A DNA stretch of 64,000 bases from an uncultured bacterium (GTDB taxonomy: Bacteria; Babelota; Babeliae; Babelales; Babelaceae): NCBI GenBank assembly GCA_963819815.1, contig CAWFXL010000001.1, positions 1,344,001-1,408,000 on the forward strand, in the 5' to 3' direction. Shown one piece after another: positions 39,570 to 47,809 of this stretch. Below the pieces are notes generated by a model. The model had not been told where the DNA came from, searched no databases, and saw only the letters and a list, made by a program, of their open reading frames with translations. Position 1 is the first letter of the stretch. Each line of letters opens with the position of its first letter. The position numbers and the translations under genes are program-made.

Positions 39570-41213
39570 ATGAAGTGCATTCGCTACATGAGTATTGTGT
39601 TCTTACTCATCGGTTTTTTTCCTGTTCAGGGAGATTCGAAGATTCCTTCTTTGTCTGAGGAAAGTGATGATCTTAAAATTGATGAAGAATCAGATGTTGA
39701 TATTAACCGTAAAACACAAGAATCTAAACAGTTAGTGCTTAACGGGGTCAAGCACTTTATGAAGGAGTCCGTTTCGGTTGCCTGCAATGATTTTGTGCAC
39801 AATACGGTTTGGCGAAAAGGAGAGCTCTTTGTCTTCGTATTCAAAGAATCAGGGACCTGTCTTGCCTATGGTGATGATTATGATCTTATCTGGCAGAACA
39901 TCAAAGAGAAAAAGGGCATAGGTGGGCAGCCGCTTATTAATGACATGATGCATATAGGACGAGAGGGCGGTCGAATTAGTTTTCTATGGAACAATGGATA
40001 CCAAACAGCCTATGTCAAAACAGTTTTGAAAGATGGTCAAAAATATGTCCTCGGTTCAGGATTCTTCCCAGAAAATGATGAATTTACCACCAAGCAGTTA
40101 GTAAAGACCGCGGTAGCTTATTTTGACCAGAATGGACGTGAATCTACTTTTGCTTTGATTAGTAACCCCAATGGCCCCTTTGTGAAGGGCGACATCTATA
40201 TGTTTGCATATGATTTTAATGGACAGGTGGTTGCTCATGGTCAGAATGCTGCACTAGTTGGACAGAATCTTATCGATCTTCAGGACTCTCGTGGTAAACC
40301 ACTCATCAAAGAGCTGATAGAGGTTGCAAAAACCAAGGGAAAAGGTTGGGTAGAATATTATTGGCGCAATGAATTTAAACGTTCATATGTTGAAAAGGTG
40401 ATCGATCCTAAAACAAAAACAGAATATCTTATTGCTGGAGGATATCATCCAAATATCACTCTGGGTACGGTAAAAAACTATGTTGAACGCGCTATACATT
40501 ATTTGAAAGCGAATGGGTCAAAGCAGGCCTTTTCAGAATTTTCAAATGTGGTGGGTGAGTTTGCACAAGGGGCGCTTGGCATCTTTGTTTTTGATCTTGA
40601 GGGTAAATGCCTTGCCAATGGAGAGAACCCTTCATTTGTTGGCCAAAATCTTTTAAAACTGAGAAGCTCTGACGGACGATATTTTGTGAGGGATATGATT
40701 GAACTTGCTCAAAAGAAAAAGCGAGCATTAATATCCTATGTAAATCGTAATGCTAATGCTGTAGCATATGTAGAGTTTGTAGAAACACCCGATGGAAAGT
40801 TTGTTGTAGGTGCAGAGTTTTTCCCCTCTTCAAAAACAGCATCAACCCAGACACTTGTCAGCAGGGCGGTTGAACTTGTGAACCAATCAGATATTGATAT
40901 TGCCCTTGGACTTTTGAGTGAGCCGGGAAGTGATTATGTCCGAGGTGATCTTTCAATCTTTGTTTACGATGCAGAAGGTACCCGATTGGTCAATGGTACT
41001 AATAAGTCTCAGCTCTGGAAAAATTTGCTGAATGCTACTGACCAACAGGGAAAAATGATAGTAAATGACATCATTACGATTGCGGTTAATGGAGGTGGTT
41101 GGGCTGAGTATCAGACACGAAATGCTCAACGCAAGGTATACGTAAAATCGGTACCGAAAAAGATGGGTGATAAGTTTAAAAACTATATTGTGGGCAGTGG
41201 TTACTTCTTATAG
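39570..41213 (+). CDS. Exported protein of four tandem single-Cache (sCache_2-like) domains
   Basis: Four repeats of F..G.(L/I)(F/Y)(V/I)F.(Y/F)D..G..(L/V)A.G.....G.N......D..G.....(I/M)......GW..Y; signal peptide; no output domain. Confidence 0.8.
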   Translation: MKCIRYMSIVFLLIGFFPVQGDSKIPSLSEESDDLKIDEESDVDINRKTQESKQLVLNGVKHFMKESVSVACNDFVHNTVWRKGELFVFVFKESGTCLAYGDDYDLIWQNIKEKKGIGGQPLINDMMHIGREGGRISFLWNNGYQTAYVKTVLKDGQKYVLGSGFFPENDEFTTKQLVKTAVAYFDQNGRESTFALISNPNGPFVKGDIYMFAYDFNGQVVAHGQNAALVGQNLIDLQDSRGKPLIKELIEVAKTKGKGWVEYYWRNEFKRSYVEKVIDPKTKTEYLIAGGYHPNITLGTVKNYVERAIHYLKANGSKQAFSEFSNVVGEFAQGALGIFVFDLEGKCLANGENPSFVGQNLLKLRSSDGRYFVRDMIELAQKKKRALISYVNRNANAVAYVEFVETPDGKFVVGAEFFPSSKTASTQTLVSRAVELVNQSDIDIALGLLSEPGSDYVRGDLSIFVYDAEGTRLVNGTNKSQLWKNLLNATDQQGKMIVNDIITIAVNGGGWAEYQTRNAQRKVYVKSVPKKMGDKFKNYIVGSGYFL

Positions 41214-41216
41214 AGC

Positions 41217-41873
41217 TTAAAAGATTTTTGATGAGAGGTAGGTCTTAAAAAGTACAGCCCAGGCTGCATCAAGCAAGAATAGAGTTCCATACACAATGAG
41301 AAGTGAGCCTGATATGAGGTTTATAATTCTATACATTGCTGGAGTTACTTTAGTCCTAAAATAGGCAATGGTCGCGCTTATAAGTAAGAACCAGATGAAA
41401 GATCCAAGAGTTATTCCAAGAGCAACATTGATGGCTTCGCTCGTGTTATAAAATCTTTCAAATTCAAATGCGCTGAATGCGGCAACAAATGAAAGAATGG
41501 TCATCGGATTGGTAAGCGTAATAATCATCGTTTGAAGAAGAGTAGTGAGTCCACGGGCCTTGATGGGAATCTCGATCGTTTTTTCTTGAGGAGGTAAGGG
41601 AACGCTAAGTCCCTTAATCCCAAATACAATAAGAATAATACCACCTGCCACAAAAAGATATTCTCGATGGGCAAGTACAAATGAGCTAAATGCGCTGAGC
41701 CCAAGAGCTGCAATAAGAGCATAAAAGCCATCTCCAAGAGCTATGCCAAGGGCAGTGATGGCACCAGCTTTGAAGCCTTTTGTAAGACTTTGCCGAATGC
41801 AAAGAAGTGCAAGGGGCCCGACTGGGGCCGCCATAGCAAAACCTATAATGATACCTTTTATAAAATTAATCAT
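41217..41873 (-). CDS. LysE family translocator
   Basis: GFAMAAPVGP..LCIRQSL..G, TLTNPMTI; multiple TM helices. Confidence 0.9.
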   Translation of the reverse strand: MINFIKGIIIGFAMAAPVGPLALLCIRQSLTKGFKAGAITALGIALGDGFYALIAALGLSAFSSFVLAHREYLFVAGGIILIVFGIKGLSVPLPPQEKTIEIPIKARGLTTLLQTMIITLTNPMTILSFVAAFSAFEFERFYNTSEAINVALGITLGSFIWFLLISATIAYFRTKVTPAMYRIINLISGSLLIVYGTLFLLDAAWAVLFKTYLSSKIF

Positions 41874-41874
41874 G

Positions 41875-42858
41875 TTATTTTAACAATGGATATTCGTTGA
41901 ACCCCATTAAACGGCATTCTGGTTGAGGGATCATACCAAATTCATCATAGACGAGTTTTTGCATGGTGCGTGCAAGAGTGATAATGTCATTGGTGGTAGC
42001 GCTTCCCCGATTAACTATCATGTTAGCGTGCTGATGAGAGACCTGTGCGCCACCTATGGCGAGTTCCCCTTTGATACCTAATTTATCAAGATAGTAAGCA
42101 ACAAAGATAAGTTTTTTGCTCGTGTGGGCAACTTCCTTTTCTGTAAAGTTTCTAAAGAAGCTACCGCAGGTATGCGAGGTTGGGTAACGTTTAGCGCGAT
42201 GCCGTATCATCTCATGGCTTCTGCCTTTGGCATACGCAGCAGCTTCGCGATCTACTCTTTTAAGTTTAAAGGTAGCAGACACTAAATAGTGATTTCCCTG
42301 GTGCAGCAGGGATGTGTTGTACCCAAACTGGAACCAACTTTGATCTACGGTGAGAAGCTTACCGGTCGATTTTTCTATGACCTGGCCTCCGGTCATAAAC
42401 TGACCAAGAAGAAACTCAAAATAGTGGATATTTATAAATACAGCCCCGCCAATGCTGCCTGGGATACCACTAAACTCTTCAAGTCCAATAAGGTGAGTAT
42501 CAAGGCACCAGGCTATGAGTTCACCAAAAGATACTCCTGCGCCGGCAGTGACGAGTGCATGCTCTTCATCAATCATGAGCCCTGAAATGTTTTTAAGCTG
42601 AGGTTTGAGGACTAGTCCTTCAATACCAGAGTCACTAATGAGCATATTTGCTCCTTCCCCAATAAGACACACAGGTAACCTATGGGCGCGAGCAGTATTG
42701 AGTGCTAATTGGAACTCTTCAGCAGTTCGTGGTTCGGCAAAATATGCTGCAGGACCCCCTGTTTTGAACCAGTTTTTATCAGCAAGAGAAACTGAGGGGA
42801 TAATAAGCGAGGTTTCTAAAGGTAATCCATAGGATGACTGAAGCACTGGCGAAGACAT
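41875..42858 (-). CDS. murB: UDP-N-acetylenolpyruvoylglucosamine reductase
   Basis: FKTGGPA, IGEGANMLISD, GLEEFSGIPGSIGGA, CGSFFRN, VSHQHANMIVN. Confidence 0.93.
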   Translation of the reverse strand: MSSPVLQSSYGLPLETSLIIPSVSLADKNWFKTGGPAAYFAEPRTAEEFQLALNTARAHRLPVCLIGEGANMLISDSGIEGLVLKPQLKNISGLMIDEEHALVTAGAGVSFGELIAWCLDTHLIGLEEFSGIPGSIGGAVFINIHYFEFLLGQFMTGGQVIEKSTGKLLTVDQSWFQFGYNTSLLHQGNHYLVSATFKLKRVDREAAAYAKGRSHEMIRHRAKRYPTSHTCGSFFRNFTEKEVAHTSKKLIFVAYYLDKLGIKGELAIGGAQVSHQHANMIVNRGSATTNDIITLARTMQKLVYDEFGMIPQPECRLMGFNEYPLLK

Positions 42859-42861
42859 GCG

Positions 42862-43791
42862 TTATTCCTTGCTCTTTTCAAATTCGGCAGGTAGTTTTCT
42901 GAAAATATAGCGTATCTGTACCTCACCGTTTTTAACAAGCTCGGCGCATCGGTCGCTACAGGTATTTTGGTATATACCAATGCAGTCAGGGCAGGAAATC
43001 AGCTGCTTATTGCATTGAGCATTGATACAATTGGTATAATCATCGTTCGGTTTTTTGCAGTGATCACACTGCGCAAGGATATCATCCGTTATTTTTTCGG
43101 TGACTCGGGCATCAAACACGTAGTTTTTGCCTCTGAAGTAACCATCGGGATATTTTTCAGTATAGCGTTGAATGCCTCCCCTAATCTGAAAGACTTCTTG
43201 GGCCACCTGCTTTTTCTTAAGGTAGGCAGTTGCGCGTTCGCAGCGTATACCGCTTGTGCAATACATAAGTACTCGCTTCCCCTTGAATTGATCAAGATGC
43301 GTGTCAAGATACTCAGGCAAATCTCTAAAGTTGGAAATAGGAGGTTTGACCGCATGATTGAATGTTCCCACACGCCATTCATAATCGTTACGAGCATCCA
43401 GTATAACTAAATCGTCGGGATTTGCTGTCATAAGGGCATGCGCTTCTTCAGCAGATAGATGGGTTCCCGCATCTCGTGCAGAGACTTCTTGGGGATCTAC
43501 ACCGAAATTTACTGCCTGGTCTTTTGCCGTTACTTGGAGCCGTGGAAAATAGTCAGCGCCACCATCGCTTTCCTTGAAATCCAGATCAAAAAAGAGAGGA
43601 TGGGAGCGCATAGCTTCTTTGTATTTTTCAGTGGCTTCAAGGGAACCTCCAACAGTTCCATTAATGCCTTCACGTGCAATATAAATGCGACCGGTAAGAC
43701 CAAGCTCACGACACAGCTTTTTCTGCGCAGCTACTTCTAGCGAAGGTTTCTCGATGTCTATGTATTTATAGTAAATGAGAATTTTTCCCAT
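42862..43791 (-). CDS. trhO: Rhodanese-related tRNA hydroxylase (UPF0176/TrhO)
   Basis: GRIYIAREGINGTV, LDARNDYE, MYCTSGIRCE, GGIQRY, GKNYVFDAR. Confidence 0.9.
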   Translation of the reverse strand: MGKILIYYKYIDIEKPSLEVAAQKKLCRELGLTGRIYIAREGINGTVGGSLEATEKYKEAMRSHPLFFDLDFKESDGGADYFPRLQVTAKDQAVNFGVDPQEVSARDAGTHLSAEEAHALMTANPDDLVILDARNDYEWRVGTFNHAVKPPISNFRDLPEYLDTHLDQFKGKRVLMYCTSGIRCERATAYLKKKQVAQEVFQIRGGIQRYTEKYPDGYFRGKNYVFDARVTEKITDDILAQCDHCKKPNDDYTNCINAQCNKQLISCPDCIGIYQNTCSDRCAELVKNGEVQIRYIFRKLPAEFEKSKE

Positions 43792-43881
43792 TGGAATGCG
43801 CCCCGATTAAAGGTATCTTTATTTTTAAGTATAGCGCCTTTAAAAAAAAGATGAATGTCTCTTCTTTTCCAATGTGCGAGA

Positions 43882-45027
43882 TTATTTTGCTTTTTGTTGA
43901 GCACATTCCTGCTTGTGGCCGGCATTCCAATCTTGTTTCTGACAATCTTTATTGCAATAATAGAATTTCTTACACCCACTGCATATTTTAAGATCCTCTC
44001 CCCGGTTGCCACAGAAATGGCACCAAGTACTTGTGGCGACAGGCTCGCGTTCTTCCTGCTCATGCTCAAGACCATAGCAAGCTCTTATGAAGCTTTCAAA
44101 GGGGGCATGGGAGTTTCTTTTTAGGCAAGCCACAAGAGCCGATTTATGGCGTATAGCATCGGTAAAATGAACTGGGCGAATGCCATGTTGAGCATTGATG
44201 AGATACAAACAAAGCCTTCCTAATCTTTTTGAGCCCTCTTGAAAAGGGTGAACGCGCACAATATCATAATGGAACTTAGAGCTAATGGATAGTACCTTGT
44301 TCTGACGTTCTTGCCAGGGAAGGTTCTTTATGGCAATAACGGCATTCTGGGCCTCTTCTAAGGCAGCTTGAAGTTCCTTTTCGATAGTTTCTATTGGAGT
44401 AAAGAGGTATATTGAATTTTTAAGGAGAGCTTTTTCCTCGTCCGTGAGCGGATTGAGTAACGTTGGAAATTTTTGGACTTCAAGACTATTGCGGAATTTC
44501 TCAAGAGATTGTGGTGTGGCAGTAACTTCTTTTCGTTTCAGCAAAAAGACAATATAGGACCATTCTTTGGTACATATTTCTTCTCTTATTTGCCAGGTAG
44601 CTTCATCTACTCTGAAGGCTCCGGGTTCTGATACCTCAGGATCGAGACGCGTAAGCCAGGAAGATAAATTCTTGATATCGGTGATGGTCCAACTTTCAAA
44701 TGGCTTTGCAAGGAGGGTTGTTCTACTTCTGTAAAGAGCATAGAACCAGCCCAAAATGACGCACATTTCTTCATTTAGTCCCTCTGCTTTGGCTTGATCC
44801 CTTGTAGAAATATTAAGCGTGGTTGCAAGGAGGGCAGCAATTTTCTCTGGCTCTTGTGAAAAGTTATGTGATGCACCTTGATAGGCTGCATCATAAGTTA
44901 TATTGGGCCATTTCGTGATGGGACTGTCCTCAAATAGTTTTTCCTTACTCAGGCACAATAGAGAAGGTATGGCCAGGAGGACCATCAGAGCTAACATTGG
45001 TAGACGTGCATTTCGTGTAGTCATCAT
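43882..45027 (-). CDS. Secreted Fic/Doc-domain + MYND zinc-finger protein (paralog 3)
   Basis: FHYDIVRVHPFQEGSKRLGR; CHFC..CSGCKKFYYCNKDCQKQDWNAGHKQEC; signal peptide. Confidence 0.85.
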   Translation of the reverse strand: MMTTRNARLPMLALMVLLAIPSLLCLSKEKLFEDSPITKWPNITYDAAYQGASHNFSQEPEKIAALLATTLNISTRDQAKAEGLNEEMCVILGWFYALYRSRTTLLAKPFESWTITDIKNLSSWLTRLDPEVSEPGAFRVDEATWQIREEICTKEWSYIVFLLKRKEVTATPQSLEKFRNSLEVQKFPTLLNPLTDEEKALLKNSIYLFTPIETIEKELQAALEEAQNAVIAIKNLPWQERQNKVLSISSKFHYDIVRVHPFQEGSKRLGRLCLYLINAQHGIRPVHFTDAIRHKSALVACLKRNSHAPFESFIRACYGLEHEQEEREPVATSTWCHFCGNRGEDLKICSGCKKFYYCNKDCQKQDWNAGHKQECAQQKAK

Positions 45028-45035
45028 GAAGATCC

Positions 45036-46214
45036 TTAATTCTTGGTTTGGGGCGATGGCTTGGTTAGGCACTGTTTTTTGTGTTGAGCTATCCAGTCAT
45101 CCTTTTGGCATTCTTTAGAGCAATAATAGACTTCTTTGCAGGCCGCACATCGCTGAAATCCTTCTCCTTTTTTCCCGCATTTTCCGCATGCAATGATCTG
45201 AGTGAGAGAGAGATTTTTTAAACCTTCTGGTGTTACCATTTGATCTTTGTCAGCAGGTTCCATCGGCTTTAATTTCGCCTCCTCGGCTTCCAAGCATCTT
45301 CTAAAATAGGCTTCAAACGGTAGATGAGATTTTTGAAGAAGGCATTCTATGAGTATTTGATTATAGGCTGCTGGATCGGTAATCTTGAGGGGTTTAATGC
45401 CATGCTGAGCATGGATGATATATTCGCCAAGTCTTCCTAAGCGCTTGGCTCCTTCTATAAAAGGATGGATGCGTACGATATCATAATGAAACTTACATCC
45501 AAGAGAAAGGGCTTGTTGCTGCCTTTGTTTCCAGGGAAGTTCTCGTATACGTCTAAGTTGTTCTTGTATATTCGTCAGGGCAGTAGTGAGTTCTGCTTCA
45601 ATGATATCTTCACTCAGAGGGAAAAGGTGAACTGATCTTCGCAGTAAGGACTCTTCTTCTTTGGTGAGCGGAGCATAAAGGTGAGGCTCATTCGGATGCG
45701 AGCTTTTGACTCGTGCAAGGAGCATTGCATCTACGGAGAGCAGTATTTTTTGGTTTACCAAACTTTTAATATGCTTCCATTCTTCGGCCGACATCTCTCG
45801 TATTTGCCAATAAGTTGGTTCGCCTATGTATCTGAAAGTGCCCGGATGTTTAACATTCTTGTGAAAAAAAGTGATCCATGCAGAAAGGTACCGAATATCC
45901 ATAAGGGACCATGTTTCAAAAGGCTTGGTGAGAAGCTCTTTTTGAGTCTCTTCAATAGCCTTACACCAACCCATGACCGTGCAGGTTTCTTCATCCCACT
46001 CTTCTTTTTGTTCAGATAATGCTTTTGCTTTGGTTGCAACCTTGTCCGTATCATAGCGTGCACCTTGATAGGCCAACGTAGTAACTGTCTGAGGCCACTG
46101 CGTTAGAGGAGCATCTTGATATAAGCTCTGTTTTTCTTGGAGAACCATGCCATGCACCAATGGTGATGCAAAGCTCATAAGAATACTAAGAAGGGTAATC
46201 TTGTTAATAAGCAT
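45036..46214 (-). CDS. Secreted Fic/Doc-domain + MYND zinc-finger protein (paralog 2)
   Basis: FHYDIVRIHPFIEGAKRLGR; CGKC..CAACKEVYYCSKECQKDDWIAQHKKQC; start moved to ATG 46214. Confidence 0.85.
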   Translation of the reverse strand: MLINKITLLSILMSFASPLVHGMVLQEKQSLYQDAPLTQWPQTVTTLAYQGARYDTDKVATKAKALSEQKEEWDEETCTVMGWCKAIEETQKELLTKPFETWSLMDIRYLSAWITFFHKNVKHPGTFRYIGEPTYWQIREMSAEEWKHIKSLVNQKILLSVDAMLLARVKSSHPNEPHLYAPLTKEEESLLRRSVHLFPLSEDIIEAELTTALTNIQEQLRRIRELPWKQRQQQALSLGCKFHYDIVRIHPFIEGAKRLGRLGEYIIHAQHGIKPLKITDPAAYNQILIECLLQKSHLPFEAYFRRCLEAEEAKLKPMEPADKDQMVTPEGLKNLSLTQIIACGKCGKKGEGFQRCAACKEVYYCSKECQKDDWIAQHKKQCLTKPSPQTKN

Positions 46215-46218
46215 GCTC

Positions 46219-47415
46219 TTATACCTTTTGCTGTTCTGCAATTTTGGCACATTGCTTTTTGTGGCCAGCCTTCCAATCTTTTGTTTGGCATTCCTTGCCA
46301 CAATAATAAACAGCTTTGCATATACTGCAGCGCTGCTTTGAATCTTGTTTTCCGCAGGTAGCGCAGCTTGAACTGCTGGCTACGCTTGTTTGGTCGGTGC
46401 TTTCTTCAACAGCTGCAAAGTTCAATAACATGAGCCGTAGGTGTTCCTCGGCAGAGATTCTCTTCTGAGGGCCCGCTGCCTGGGCGGTGCTTTTGAGAAG
46501 ATTATCGTAGCGATCAACATGAGTCTTATAGAATTTTTCAAAGGGCCTATGCGTACCCTCTTTTAAGCTACCTAGCAAAGACTGCGTATATGCTTCAGCG
46601 TTGATAACACAGAGTGGCATTATGCCATTCTGGGAATGTATAATAAACATACCTAGTCGGCCCAATCTTTTTGCAGCCGCTTTGAAAGGATGCACTCTTA
46701 TGATGTCAAAATGGAACTGACATCCGAGTGAAAATGCTTTTTGTTGTCGTTGTTCCCAAGGAAGAGCCCTGGCTTTTGCTAGTTCTTGCTTGAGTGATTC
46801 GAAAGCTGCAATGAGCTCTTTTTTTACATCATCACCTAGAGGAAAAACGTAGACAGTTTCATGTAAGTATGCTTCTTCTTGGGCTGTTAAGGGTTGCAAT
46901 AGTGCCTTCGGGCGTTCCTGAGGATTGTCGACGTATTTTCTTCCTGATGGGGTGTTAACGACTTTTCTAAAGAGTAATGTGTCGAATTTTTCAGTTTCTG
47001 CTTTTGATATCTTACGAAAAGTCCAGCGTACCGGCTCGGTCCTTATAGTTCGAGGATCCTTCTGTGATGATCGTAAGAGCCATGCAGCGAGTTGTGAAAG
47101 ATCATCAAAAGTCCACGTCTCAAAAGGTTTTTTAAGGAGATTCTTTTCAACTTGTTTGACGGCATATATCCAGTCCTGAATGACCCACTGCTCCTCCTGG
47201 GGAAGTGCTTTGAGAGTCTGCTCGAATGCTTCTTTAGAGCTTACTGAATAGTCGTAAGTAGCTCCTTGGTAGGCATTGTCATAAATAGACGTGTTATTGC
47301 TCCAATCGGTTAGTGGTTCATCTTGGTATTGACTCCACTTTCCTTCAGAAAGAATCATGGCATTCATCGAGGAAACGCCCATTATTATGGTAAAAATCAG
47401 TATACGTAATTTCAT
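46219..47415 (-). CDS. Secreted Fic/Doc-domain + MYND zinc-finger protein (paralog 1)
   Basis: FHFDIIRVHPFKAAAKRLGR; CATC..CSICKAVYYCGKECQTKDWKAGHKKQC; signal peptide. Confidence 0.85.
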   Translation of the reverse strand: MKLRILIFTIIMGVSSMNAMILSEGKWSQYQDEPLTDWSNNTSIYDNAYQGATYDYSVSSKEAFEQTLKALPQEEQWVIQDWIYAVKQVEKNLLKKPFETWTFDDLSQLAAWLLRSSQKDPRTIRTEPVRWTFRKISKAETEKFDTLLFRKVVNTPSGRKYVDNPQERPKALLQPLTAQEEAYLHETVYVFPLGDDVKKELIAAFESLKQELAKARALPWEQRQQKAFSLGCQFHFDIIRVHPFKAAAKRLGRLGMFIIHSQNGIMPLCVINAEAYTQSLLGSLKEGTHRPFEKFYKTHVDRYDNLLKSTAQAAGPQKRISAEEHLRLMLLNFAAVEESTDQTSVASSSSCATCGKQDSKQRCSICKAVYYCGKECQTKDWKAGHKKQCAKIAEQQKV

Positions 47416-47809
47416 ATTGTCCTTTTGGTCATATCTTTGTAGTTATTTTACTAGTGACACATATGGCTGCGTGCTGTGATAGTGCCAAATCGCTTATAAT
47501 GCCGGCTAGATTTTTATTGAATTGGCATACTTTTTATTCTATCAGAATTTAAAAAAATGGCAATAGGTAACCGCTATTGGCTTGGAATTATTGAGAATAG
47601 GTACTATGCAACCTGATTGACGACTCATACATAGAGGTTTAGTCTGACAAGGGGGCTCGAGGCTGGCTGTGAGCGGATTTCAGTTTTGGATGATAGAGTT
47701 TTATGCAAACTCATGAGATTGCTCCTTATCCTGTTTTTTCCTATACTAGGGAGGCATGATACGAGTATAAAAAAGCAATTATAAAAAATCCTTCCGGGAT
47801 ACAACCCTT

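Noticed and set aside
43882..47415. Classical Fic/Doc toxin-antitoxin modules
   Set aside because: There is no small antitoxin ORF, and all three proteins have signal peptides and a eukaryotic MYND domain, which points to exported effectors.
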